NCBI GenBank assembly: GCA_963924565.1
Contig: OZ004607.1
Location: forward strand, 4,650,001 to 4,714,000
Length of the DNA: 64,000 nt
Direction of reading: 5' to 3'
DNA from: Ascidiella aspersa
Taxonomy: Eukaryota
The notes beneath the pieces were generated by a model, which saw nothing but the letters and a program-made list of their open reading frames with translations, made no database searches and was not told the origin of the DNA. The stretch's first letter is position 1. Each line of letters starts with the position of its first letter. The position numbers were made by a program, and so were the translations under genes. This document shows positions 24,438 through 37,900 of this stretch, one piece after another.

Positions 24438-27400
24438 CTCGCGCTATACGCTCTCTTAATTGAACGGCGGCTGATTTACGCCGCTTGTTCCGTCCGCCAA
24501 CTTCGGCCAATAAAAGGCCTTTGAAGTGAGCTGGTCAGTCGCGGTCTTCCGCGGTTTAAGCTCGGCCCAGGCCCGACGCGAGTTTTTTTTACGAGCGCCG
24601 AGCCGCGAGAAGGCGAATTTACTTACTGGGCGTTGCAATCGCGAGCGGCGCCGGCCAACGCGGCCCCGGGGAGCCGTTTGCGCCCGGCGCCAATCGAACC
24701 TCGCACCAGTCGCTTGTACGTCAGCGATTTCGGCCTAAGAATGGACTCCAGCCGTATGATTGAAATAAGAACAACGTCAATGTCGGAATAAATCACAGTT
24801 CGCAATAAGACCAAAAAGACTAATACCTTATAGTCATTATACTTAAATCGGAATAAGTTTTTTTTTAATAATTTTGAAGATTGAATTCTAGAAAACTCGT
24901 AACTCATAAAGTTAAGTGGGTATTAAGCCCATCCTGTGGCATTTTTATGGCTGTTCTTTTTTAGTCCCCTCGGTCGTTTTCTATATTTTGTTATTTTCAG
25001 CGTAATAATATTTTTTTGGAAAATCCAGGATCTCTGCGTAGTGACTCTGACAAAAATAGATGTTGACTGCCCTCACATTGGTTCACAAAGTTTACTTTTT
25101 TTAATAATTTTCATGAACGATTTAATAGCTTCTAACAGATACAATATATGATTTAAATGTTGTAAAATAAAAAAAAAACATAAAGATTACACTAACAAAA
25201 TGCAGAAATCAAATTTGATTACTTTGGATTTTTCGATTTCGCATACCAGGTTAGAAATATTATTTTGAACAGAATTAACGGCCCTACCATACGTGCGGCC
25301 TTTTCGAAAATATAGTTTTGTCGAAAACATAAACATTGACAATAGGTATGTAACAAGAAAAGGCCTTAGCTTTTTTGTAGCTGGATTCCCAACGCAGACA
25401 CTAAAAAACTTGTAACTTTCGTCAAGCATTTCGAGCCTTGTTGGTAAATAGACAAAAAAAAATTCAAACAAATTTAAAAATTATTGCAACATATTTCATT
25501 TTTCGTATTACATGATTCTCAAATTCGCCAACAAAAAGTTCGATAGGCGGCAATCTAAGTCGAGTATGAGATTCTGCAGGTCATAACGTCGAATATAGAT
25601 GCTCTAGTTCCCAGAGCCAACAGGGTTGGTATATTTGCATCCCGATCGAACGTCGTATATACTTACGTCCACGGAACAGCGGACCAACTGAAACCGACAG
25701 TAATGAAGGCTTGTATCGATTCGTCTTTTGGCGGCAAGATTGTAGCGGATGGCGCGTATGCGGTAATCTGCAAAGGGCCTAATTGCCAAAACGCCGATTG
25801 GCTTTTCGGCGGGCCGGCAGATGATTTGCGCGGCGGCAGATTGGCAGATTATCGTCCCTAATCGCTGCCCGTGGATGCCTGATGGACGTATTAGCCACGA
25901 CGCGAGCGCTACGTCGTCTAAAAGCAATCACGGCAAACGTCTTAGGCATTGAATGCCAACATCTCTATCTTACCGATAAATTGAATGCGGCGTCGTTTGC
26001 AAATACAAACAAGGGGCGGGTTTTAATCTTGTAGGCGGAGCAGCATGAAGAGGCTTAATCCTTGGCATTACCGCCCCACCGATGAGGGCGTAATAGTGAC
26101 TAGGATGCCACGTTTCCGGCCCTACCACGCGCCACCGACACGGATTAAACCCGAAAAGTGCCTAGGTGCACATTCGAGTGCCATTGGCGCAGGTTTTTTG
26201 TTCGGTCGTAAGAAGCTAATCCGGTGAAATTGCGTTGCGCGTTTGCCCACTTTATTACGATCTTTGAGCAGATTTGATTTCAATACGAACAATGGACTTA
26301 CAGATCTTGGACGCAACCTTGATTTGGCTTATTTTTTATCCAGTCAAGTGGTGTGCTTAAGTCAATCTTTAATGATAAGTGGCATTTAAAATTTCTAAAC
26401 AATGCGTTAAAAACTAGAAGCACAAACGGGCAAAATGCAGCTTGGATGCCAAAACAAACAAAAATGGCCGTATATTACATTATGTTACACATTATAAGGT
26501 AAATCAAAGAAATTGTATAGCGGTAATATTTAAATATCCTTTTCAGGTTTAAAAAATGCGACACTAAAAAATCTCAATTTTGCACAAGTTCACACATTCG
26601 TACTACAACACTCTTATTTAAACTAACATCTAGTTATCCAAGTAGTGATATAAACAGTGCCAAACGGTAAAGTAAAAACAATTCTGTTTCGTAGAAATCG
26701 CAAATACCCCACAAACTTTAGGTGGCAGCACAACAGGAAACAAGCCAAAAAGCTAAGATGCAAATTAATCCACGTGGCGTTTCTAACAGCGGGTTGCATG
26801 TTGCATTCTAACAAACTCGATATGACGTCGTGCACATTATCACGAACGTCATCACCCTAACCATCGGTGTCGTGTCGACAATCCATCCAAGCAGCGTCAT
26901 ACACATCCTGCTTTGGACAGGGATCGAAATGCATGGTGCTAATTACGTACAGCAAAACATAACAAGGTTTTTCTGCATGGGTGTTGGTTTTGAACAGTTA
27001 AAATGGTATTTAAAATATTTGTTTTACGATAGATCGATTTGGCAGTGAGCCTATTTAACATCAGGACACTTTTTGATATTTTTATGTGTGTATACACTGA
27101 GGTGTAAATAAAATATAGCAACACCCTATTTGGCAAAGCAAAGAAATGTATAACCCGAATAGGGCAACGAAAATCCCACATTCACTGTCATGTAACAACT
27201 ATATATTAATATTTAATATTATTCCAGTTTCTCGGGACGAGTATACCAGGAATACTGTTCATTTGCCGCCTTACATTTAAAGTAGCGGAAGAATGGACGA
27301 AAATGCATAACATGGAAATAGAGTCAATTAATCCTATAATATTTTCCGGGATTGTTTCGAAAATTTATTTCTCAATATTCAAGTTAAAGTAGTGAAAGTA

Positions 27401-30400
27401 AAAATGTATAACATGATAGAGTCAGTTAACGCTAATATTTCCTGGTGTTGTTTCGGAAATCTGGTTTACTTTGTCAAATCTGCCAAGTCAAAATCACTTT
27501 CAGGCTGTTATAGTTGTGTTAGAATAAGCTCTTTTAGCCAAATCGCATTCAACATTCAGCCAAAATCCCCAGCGATGTGGACCTTGTAAAATAACCATCT
27601 TCATTGCGACAACTGCGCCGGCCAGAGTGTCGCAAGTCGTGTAAAGCGGGGATTGGGAAAGGGGATGCTTCCGGATCAGCAAGTGTGTATTTCCATGTCT
27701 CTGTCGTCCTTGTGTACGCGCTCGCTCGGCAATTAGGTCGGAAGGCTCACGCGCATTACAGGAGAGCCCATAGCACCGCCGGGACGTTCTAAAATCTAAT
27801 CAAAGGGTGGATCGCACACGTCAGCACATAGACGCAAGTGGAAGGCACCATAGGTCGGCCTATACAGGGGCGACTATTAAGTGCTTCAACCTCCCCTTAG
27901 CCGAACCCTAATTAACCGATGGCTGGAGTACCAATGCTGTCATTTGCACAGTCGACGCGCACGCCAGCACACAATTCCAAGGCTGCTCGCGTGTCTTCCT
28001 GCTTTGCTTGCAATTTCAGAGTAGTGAGGTCTTTAGAAATCCCTTTGTCGCTTGAATTGGAGCTTCTCTTCTCGGCGATGACCAATCTGCATTCTGTGGC
28101 AGGTGCACACCACATATTTACACACAAAATTGTGTTGCACCATATTTTATTCTCTGCTTGACGGAATGATGAAATGTTTCCTTCAACTTTCATTTACATT
28201 TAACCTTATAAGCGCAAAAACGGAGCAAGATCTTTTAAAACAATCTAAAAACACTCACGAAGCGTTACAAGCGGTAAATGGAACAGATCAATTGAAAAGA
28301 GTCGGTTACTATCTTTTGCTAGGTAGGTGTAAAATATAACGACAACAAAAGTAACAATTAAAGCATAGCAATGAACATTAAGGCAAACATAGTAAATAAA
28401 ATCAACCTGGCCCTTGTTACAAAGTGATCCTAACGGGTTCACTGCAGTTTCGGTAAACTCCATTGGACTTTATGCACTTTTCCACTAAAGGCGCTAGAGC
28501 GCTGGTAACTCGTGGCGAAAGGAAAGAACGACTTTTTACATTCCGAACAAACACATTGCGACTGGCTGTTGAAATGTTGTGCGACGCACGTCAATATTTT
28601 CCTATTTAAAACACCGAAATACCTAATATATCGGAGGTGAAATCAGGACGCTTTCGCCGCGAAATAGCCCGGCGACTTGGAGCATGATTAAAGCCTTATA
28701 GTAGCAATTTAAGGAACCAATAGATACAAACACGGCATACACGTATACAGATACAGATTAAAAGGCCAAACAACAAACAGAGAGGTAGAGCTGCAAGGCT
28801 GTACTATTTTGCCCGAGTCAGGATGAAAGAACGAAGCCGTAATGACGTATCTAGGCGTCGCCCAATCTAAACCACGCAAACCGCGATCGCCAAAAGATCG
28901 CCGACGCTGTTGCTGATGATGATGTTTGCGAAAGAATGTAACACCTCGGGGACGAGATGGCGTCGTCGACGGCTCGGCCTGTACGCCTAAAACGCCACAA
29001 GCGCAGGTCTGCCAAGGATCTCTGAGACACACAGGCTGCTGCTTTTGCTGCTGATATTGCAGGGCTAGCGAAAACAAGCGGCTCTGACAAGGCGACAAAA
29101 GGGAGGGACGGAGATCACTGCGGCGCCGATCAGACTAGATCAAACGCGCGCGGGCGGCTATTCGCCGATCGGCCAGATCCGACATAAATCGCTTTTCGTC
29201 GCCCCAGCGCCGAGCTTGACTTTAACGCGGCCCAACGAGCGACGCCCGAAGGCGGCAAAGGCCTAGCAGCCGCCCGCGCCGCAAAATAGGCCGTTTGCAA
29301 GGCTTTTCGTTTTGTATTTTTCTGCTGTTTTTTGCCGCCGATTGGAATGGAGCACTGACTTGTGTTTTTCGCCGAGTTTTTACACCATTGGAATGGAGTA
29401 CTGGCTCTGGCCACCCTTGGCCTACAGTTGATATATTTTTCGCTCTGTTTCGTCTTTAGGATTCACATGGGGTGACTAAACTGTTATTGTACCGATTTCG
29501 GGCGTTATTGTTACGTTTAAATGACCAGACAGTGGTCAATTTGCGGTAAATTTCATCACGTTTTCTTTCAGTTTACAATCGAAATCCTGGCCTCCTGGCA
29601 GCTAGTGTAAGTGGAGTGCTATGACAATAATAAAGGTTTTACTGTGGCCGTATCGCTTACGTTACACAGTGGCCCGGTTAAATTAACGCCAAACGGTGCC
29701 TTCCCGTGAAATACCAATGGGAAATATATAAATAAAGATACGTTTTACTGTTAAAAAACACTTCCACATTACCACAGGCCACCTGATAAATGACATGGTT
29801 ACCCTTGGACAAATCTAAGCCCAAATATGTTTGTAGTTGTTGAATAGAAGCAACCCTCCTATTGTGGGTTTAGAAACTTTAAATCCGGCCCACTAAAAAA
29901 ATATATAGCGGCTATTTTCAAGTATTGTAAACAAATGAAAGCTAAGTTAGTGCAGCATTGCTGAACATGCTAAAATATTCCATGAAATATGGCGTCGCTT
30001 TAACATTAGAAAAAAACAAAGGAAATACTTAAATCAATCGATGCTTCTAAATCAAATCCGCCTTACCTTTAAGTCACCTTATTTATTAGGCTGTGTAGCA
30101 ATAAAATCGTCTTCGAACATCAAAGTATTCAGCTCAATGTAACTGAAAAGAGTCGAATAAAATTAGATTGAACGAGGATTAAAGTGTACGCCAATGTGTG
30201 AGGGCTCTCAGCAACATAAACAACAAGCTAAAGCATTTGCAAGATAAACTTCTACCAACGCCACAACCACTGGCGGGAAAAAGGTCGCAGCGCACAATGG
30301 AAAAATGGCACCGGGCGTAGAGACCTCTGGCAAAGGCCGAAGTTCCCTTATCGGTGCGCGCGAGATTTGCTGATGTTTTTGTTGTTGTTTCTGTTGTCCT

Positions 30401-31200
30401 GTCGATTGTTTGAACTTGCGAAGGCGCCGCTCATAGCTGTGTGCGAGGCAGAGAGAGTGGCGAGCAAAAAGGCAGCGGCCGAACCTCTGGCCGGCGGGGT
30501 CCGTGCCTTCAGCGTGGAAACGAACGAAGAAGGGCGGCTGCAGAAAATGGCGCGTGCGCGGCCTGGGGGAAAAAAGAGAAAGTGGGATCAATCGGTCGTT
30601 TGTAGCTGTTTGCTGCTGCTGGTCGCTGTAAGTTGGGAAAAAAAGAATTTGAGAGCGAGAGCGCGCTTGAAGCGGGAGACGATGACCAGTGACCTATGGC
30701 AAGTGGCGGATTACGGTTTTAGACGATTCGTACCGGTGGTCGCAGCAGGCAGCACACGACCGGGAGCTTATAGTGTTTTCAGCTGTTGTTCTTGGTGACA
30801 AGTTATTTGTGTTTTGTCAGGGCCCATAGTCGAAAAAAGGAGCGCGAAAGAAAGCGGGTTGTTTCACTTTTGTTTTGGCCAGTGTTTGCACAAGTTTGTA
30901 GCCGAGGCAAAAACTATTTCGCCGCAAACAATTCGGTGAAAAAATGTGTCGAAAATTTGGGGGATAACATTCTTTGGGCACCTACCATCGGAAAATGAAG
31001 CAGTAGCAAGCGGCGCAGAAGTTCGGTTCAATATTAAACCGCAGTTCAATAGCGGCAAGATGGAAACGAAAGTGCGTTTTAAGTGGACGCGGCGCCTCGA
31101 AAAGGCCAGTCGCTCTCCAACTGCGCTAGAGTCCACACCTTTGCCACTTGCCCTACACGCAATGCTAGGGCGCCTTGTAATTACTCGAGTGTCGCGCTTA

Positions 31201-31222
31201 AAATAAATTGTTTGTTTTTCAG
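31201..31222 (+). promoter_or_regulatory. Splice acceptor upstream of the Tbx2/3 start codon (5' UTR cis- or trans-splice acceptor)
   Basis: aaattgtttgtttttcAG|GT, 316 nt before the ATG. Confidence 0.55.
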
Positions 31223-31538
31223 GTGCTTTTCATAGGCGTTAGAAAAGAGGAAAAAACTTTGATGCTTTTGAAATTTCGACCTTCTGCCACAAACTGCCGA
31301 AGAACAGCAAAAATACAGAGAAAAATCAACCAGAAAAGACAGTAAACGTGAATTAAGTAGTCAGTCGCTCAATAGCATTGGAACAAAAACAAAACCCCTT
31401 GCGCAGGTTGGAAATGAGATCAATTTGATCAGGATAATCAACGCTAACGAGAAGCAGTTTTGCTCCAAGGAGAGATTTTTATTCTGAAAGTGAGCTCTTT
31501 CGACCGCTAAAAAACTGGACGACAAGGAAAAGAGCGGA

Positions 31539-31918
31539 ATGATCCAAGACTCGATGAAAGCAGGGCCCGTATCCCCACTTCAGGCAGTAATGTCCGTCTA
31601 CAGTCACAACGCACTTCTGCACCCCCGAAACGGGGGAGACCTACCATTCTTTCCGCCCACCTTCCCACACAACGCGCTCTCAATGGCGCACTGCCCTTCG
31701 TCGCTCATGTTCGGCAAAGCCGCCTTATCGCCAGCCTGTCTGGGATCGGCCTTCGAACGCAGCCACTGCGGGAATCAGGCGAACGAATTGCCGCAGGGGA
31801 AGATGATGGACCCCGAAGACAACGAGCCCGATGACCCGCAGGTCGACCTCGACAACATGGAGCTTTGGTCGCAGTTCCACAAGCGCGGCACCGAAATGGT
31901 CATCACGAAAACCGGCAG
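31539..31918 (+). CDS. Tbx2/3: Tbx2/3 coding exon 1 (N-terminus and start of T-box)
   Basis: ATG at 31539. Encodes MIQDSM...PFFPP...[29 protein letters not shown]. Donor AG|GTCAGT at 31918/31919, phase 2. Confidence 0.93.
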
Positions 31919-34900
31919 GTCAGTAAATTGCATGTGTAAGCGTTTGGTATTCGAGATTTTTACTATGGACAAGGCCGCTATTAATTGCGACCTGCAGTAA
32001 AAGGAGGTAAATTAACTTTAGCGCTCTCCACTTTATTTTTCGTTTCGCGATCACCTGGCCAATATGAATTCATGATATCATCTTAACCGGGCGGCGACCA
32101 GCACCTAGGTACACTTTGCGGCTGCCGCTGGTCACGTTGGGCACACACACACCAGCGAGCGGCGGCGCATCCGCGCGATTCCGGGCGGAAACGTCTCAGG
32201 CCGGGCCTGGAGTGGTCTAAGGTGGGTCAACACGGCCGGGAATAGGCCGAGGTGGCAAAATCGTGCCTCGCGGCGTCCGCTTCGCACGAATGGGCCGCGC
32301 AACCGCCACCTGTAGTCTAATATTCGTCGTGATACAGCTTTAGAGCTCTGGTGTTTGTGCTTAGCGTGGATCCAGCTGGCGACCGTAGTTTTGATTGCTT
32401 ACATTAGACTCCCCGCATAGCCGTACACTTGATTCGCGCCCGCGTATTTTTGGCCTCTCTCATGTTTGATCAGTTATTAGCGGCCCTGGATACGAAGCGA
32501 AATTACGCCAGGCTTACAGGGGCCGCGGTCACCACCGTAATGCAATTCTGACAGGGAGAACGGCCTTGAATTCTTAATGTATATCACTTGTATTCGTGTG
32601 TTCTCCGCCTTTGTATTCGTAACACTATTTCACTAATGAACTTGGCGATACCGAAAAAAAAGCGCCCGGGCTCCATTTTGTAAAATTCATCAGGACTGAC
32701 TGAATGCGTCGGCCGCAAATCGAGGCCAGCGTCGGGGCGGAATCCATTAGTTGCCTATGATCAAAGAGTACTCGGATTAATTGCGCGACCATCATTTATG
32801 CCCAAGTAATGATTGTCCACGAATTAAGAGCGACAAAATTAGGTGTGTCAAGTTGGACTTCATTGCATTCACAAACCGCTGGGTACGATTTCGTTTTTTT
32901 TTTCGCTCCTACCCCAAACGCAAAGTCGTGACAATTAGCAACAGAAATGAGATACATTTGCCGGTTGAAAGTGACGTGTTTGCCCGACTAACTGCAGCGA
33001 AAATTGCCGAATACTGAGAATTCGTTCGATTATCACGGCGAAATTACACCCAACGAGGCTATTATTTTAACACCCAACAAACGATTTCAATTTCGAATGG
33101 AATTAACTCTCAGTGGCCCAGTCTAGTCGGCGCCTGTTTTAATCCTATTACCGATTAGCGAAGTTGCTCGTTTTGTTATGTAATTATTTTGTGGATTAAA
33201 AAACAAAAACACTGACTGGTTAAGCTTGTATAAAAACAAGGCGTTGTTATTCTAAGTATAAGTACGAGAAAAAAAAAATTAAAACAAGAAGATGAATTAA
33301 AAATAGTTAAAAATTAAAACAAGTTTTTAAAATGGTTGGTTATTGCTAAAACCGAAATTAAATTTCTTTTAATGTTTCGTCCAAAATTCACAAAATTAAA
33401 ACTTCTGATATTTGCAAGTAGTCAAATTTTTGGAAAAAAAATCGGAAAGAAGTTAAAAAAATCGAAATATCGAGCGCTTTCAAATCGGACAGCGCCAAAA
33501 CGTCACTCAAATTGTCGAGTCTGCCCAAAAACGGAGCGAAGCAACGCGTCCAAGATGATTGGGCGCTTTACGACATGGCGATGATATGGCGAGCTCTCAG
33601 GACAAACCAACTTTTAATCACACGCTTCCTAACAATTAGCAGGCCGCGACACCTACGTGGGTCGGAGAGCTAATGGCCGCCCGGCCTGCAGAAAAACCGC
33701 GGCGCCGAGATATTGCGACTTAACAATGGGCCATTACAAGCCTATAGCGATCGAAATTGCGCGCCGCTCTTCTGTCTGTTGGTCCTGAGGCCGCCGACCC
33801 AAACAAACGTCCACTTGCGCGAACGGCGCCGGCACTTAAAGTAAATATTCGCCCGCTGCCACTAATTACGGATGAGGCAACTTAGCCGGGGCGACGTCAG
33901 TGACGATCAGGTTCTCTGTGTTGGGTCGGGACTTGCGTGCTTCCGTGTGGCTTTTGTCTCGCGCGTAGAACTCCGCAAAGTTTTTAGCGCGCTGCTATAC
34001 ACGAGGCCACACATTATACGACAGCCTTAAACAAGTTAACTATTTTCCTCGCTTTTGGGACATCGTTTACCACACTATGCTAATCGATTTGCGCAACATA
34101 AAATACATTTTAAGCGCCTTTTTAAGTTTGCTGCCATTTGACAGGCGTATCTTTATATGCACCTTGTGCTCACATTTATATGGCGCTTTTCAACCGAGCA
34201 ATAGAGTGGCTGTATAGTAGTTAACGTATATTGGCTGTAAGAAGTTTATTTGTTTGAAGTCTTATATTTTGTTAGTTCACGCGGCCGCATTAAAATCCTA
34301 ATTTTCCGCTCTTTTGTTTTTGCGCCATTTTGAAACTCTTTCACGGCTTGCGCGACCGTTTCAAAATTACCAGGCCGTTTTTTGGTTCGCCCCAGCTTTG
34401 CTAAGAAACGACACAGAAAGCAGGGCTGGAAGTAATAGGGAGCCGGCCACCTCATAAAGAACCGGCCTGTCGAGCGGCAATCTGCAGCGGCGCGAAATGT
34501 GAAGTGCCGGAGAAATCGTCACCCAATCTTGAGTTTTCGCACCCGTCCGTTGATTGTGCGCAAGGCGCTTTTATCTGGGCGAGCGCGAGTTTGCATTCGC
34601 GGTCGGGGGACTGCTGCGAGATTAAACATCACCGGGGCGCGAAATTCCGCCTTGAATCTAGCCAGGGCGATGAAAAAATATCGCACGGAAAAAGAGTTTG
34701 TCTTTAGATTGCATTTTGCAATGCAGAGTTCGCTTTTGTGAAACACTTTATCGCTTAAATTTTATCGTTAGACATAGCTTTCAAAGTTTGCCCAAGAATC
34801 CGATTTGATCGCCTGACATATATATTGGTGGCTTTGGATGTTAAATTGTTATTTTAAATTCGCTTCAATTTTATTATTTTTAGTCCACAACCGTTTGTGT

Positions 34901-37900
34901 TCCCAATATATTGCCCATTTGTCAATAGAATTCGCCTATACTAATGACCACCTTGCAAGTGTTTATTTAAATTCGTTTGCGTCTGGTAGAGAAAAGAGAG
35001 CGCTTTTTTTTAAATGGGCGCAAAACGCATTGGAATGCCAATGGATCGATAGAAAAACAGCAGCAGAATCAGCAGTAGGGTTGAACGACCTTCGGCGTAG
35101 CTGGGCAAGGAAAGAAAGCGCAACAGTTTACGTTCCACGTCACGACTCACGATGACGGCAGGGCGATTGTTTGGCAATCGTCGGGCCCGGTGCGCGGCGC
35201 GAAACAAAACCGCGATTAAAAGTGCGAAATCGCCGCGCGGTGTTTGATTTGACACTCGCGTCCATTGTGCAACGCGGCCCGACTGGCGCCACTCGGCCTG
35301 GCGGGCCGCGCAAACGGGCGGACGCTCTGGGCCGGCGACCGAACGGCGACGGTCTGATTCGCGCCCCGGCCGTAATCGTCGTCACCTCTTTGCAAGATAC
35401 ACCCCCATCAGTGCTTTTGCACATCGCACCTTTCTTTATCGATTTCAAACGCGCCCTGCAAGCGTGTTTACAATACGCGCCCATACAGGCTTCAAACGGC
35501 GGCCGCCGCGACAGAACATGGACGACTTGTTTCAATATTTGCGTTGCCGGACATAGTGTGAGAAGCCGCGATTGTTCTATCGCTCTCTCTATACCCTTTT
35601 GTTAAGACTTTGTTGTAAAGAAACCAACGCACCTGGGCTAGACGCTGAACTGGATACCAAATACATTTCGGGCGCGTTTGGGGCTTTTCGGGGTCCTAGG
35701 ACCGGGGTCACGGTGGTGAAAAGGCGACGGCGGGCCGGTGTCATAATTTAACGCTTCCCCGTAAACATGTCATTCAGCGAGCCGCCGAACGCAAATCGTT
35801 ACACTTTTTTCGCCAGGTTGCCGGTTATATTATGCCTAAAAGGCGGACAATCGTATATCGCGGTTAAGTGGGAAATCGTTAATAAAATGGAAATGTGGCG
35901 TCTTCGGTTAAATTAACCTGGCCAGGAAGCGAGAGATTGATAGGTCGCGACAAAACGGGTTATTTTGTAGCGAGCATTTTAACAACTTCTCGATGTGCGC
36001 TGGTAAAACCGTCATTGTCTGGTTAGCGGGGGCGGGCTAGGGAACGTTTTTCGTGCGTGACGATTTTGGGCAACCTTGGACTGACCTTGGCAGGCACGCG
36101 ACGCTCTGACAAGCTTTAATCGCCAGTGCACACCTATTTGTTTTGTGTTTTGCTGGGCCGCTTTAGAGCGCGCGCGCGGCAGTTCATTAAGCGGTCCTGA
36201 GCGCAAAAGGCAAAAGTCTCGAAAGCGGCCTTTGCCCGAAAAAGTCCCGCGTTGCGGCGGTAGCGGCGTTTACGCCTTGAAAAGCGGCTTAGCAACTTTG
36301 CGACACTTTTCTTTTCACACTTGTTTCCATTGGCTTATTTGCTCAAGGCGCTGATGCTGCTGCCGCCTTGTCGACCGCCCGCCGTTGATCTGCCTTGATG
36401 GATCAGCCGCTATCAATAAATGCTCGCCCGCCATCCATCACGTGTGCTGACACCGCGAGTCATAAACTATTTGTCGGCAGGCGCGCGCGTTTTTGCGCCT
36501 GTTGAGCATTTATTTTGGGCCTACCAACACAACACTCGGAGCCCGCCCGGGCCGCTGCTGTTTGAAGATGTCGAGTAGTAATTGCGGTCCTGGGCGTTTG
36601 TTTTGGCCTTTTGCGATGCTCTCAGCCGATCGCTAGTTTTGCCAAATTCGGTTCGCGACTCTGCGAGTGTTTACAATCAGGCGCATCGACTCTAATTCAA
36701 GAAGTTGCGGCCCTGTGTCGAGTTCAGGTGAACTACAGTTGGTTTGGTATTGGTAAAGGAAGCCCAGTTGTCGTGACGCAACCAAACATCAGTTTCGCCT
36801 AATATCGATTGCGTCCCTCTTTTCTGGAAGGATTTTACTGTTATTTTTGCCAATAGACCACCAACAAGCCAGGCATCAGCGGCTCCTCAAAAGCACGAAG
36901 CCTCGTTTTCTTCACTCTATTTTGGTGCCATTATCGCACCGCTAATGCTAATCGCTTAAAAACAACATCAACACACAACACTTTGGAAAAAGGGCGCCCA
37001 GTAGCGATTTTTTGACGCAGCAAACTGGCCTATATTTAGGTACAAATAGATAGAAACCGAAAGGCGGCGATTTGTCTTGTTTCTATCGTTTACGAGCGAG
37101 GCAGATAATCCAGGCCGACGCCAGCAGGGCGGGGCGAAATGCAGGCCAAACGAGCCTGTTTGTAAACCGGGGTTTCGCCCCTCTCTCTTGTGTGCGAACG
37201 ACCGCGGCTTAGCCGATTAAAAGGCCCTTGCGATACTCGACAAGCTGCCTAGTATAAACACGGCCGGGACTCCAAGCAACAGCAACTGCAACAACAGGCG
37301 AGGGATTACACCCGCTGCAATGCATGCTGATAACTGCTAGTAGTCGCGTTTTAAAAGCAGCACAGAGCCGTTGGATAAAATGAGACTATATTGGGTTTAT
37401 ATATATATGTTTTTTTTTTGCGATTTACACCGTTTTTACAACAATTTTAAAACTTCATTTTTGTTTGAATAACGGAACGGTGATTATTAGTCTGTGAAGG
37501 CCAGACCGCTGCGTTTAAACTGTTACAGAAGTCCCAAGTCTTGCGGTATAAGCGTCATTCGCTGTTCGCGGTACTAATCGATTGCTCGTTTGCGGTTTGT
37601 AGCGAAATAAATCGACCGATCCGCCCCCGCGCGCTTGCCGTTCGAGCGTTTCCAATTTCGCCGGCGCCTAATTGTTGCAATTGTAAAACGGCGCAAAAAC
37701 ACGTAAAGCCGTAAAAGATGGCGAGGAAAAACTCAAGCCAAGGCGCGGTTACTCGGGCTAATTTATCCACCAACACATACAAACACATGCGCTCTATCGG
37801 TGTGTTTACATTCTAGCGAAGGCGACTTGATATTTACAAGGCACTGGCGACTGGGAAAGGGGAAAGGCGGCGCTAAAAGCCACCGCGCCGCTGTTTACGG

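Noticed and set aside
28709-30798. Gln/His-rich ORFs 28709-29098 (-) and 30208-30591 (-), and ORF 30367-30798 (+)
   Set aside because: Low-complexity TGC/TGT runs in promoter or UTR-like DNA, with no splice chain or homology. A divergent non-coding transcript cannot be excluded but has no support here.
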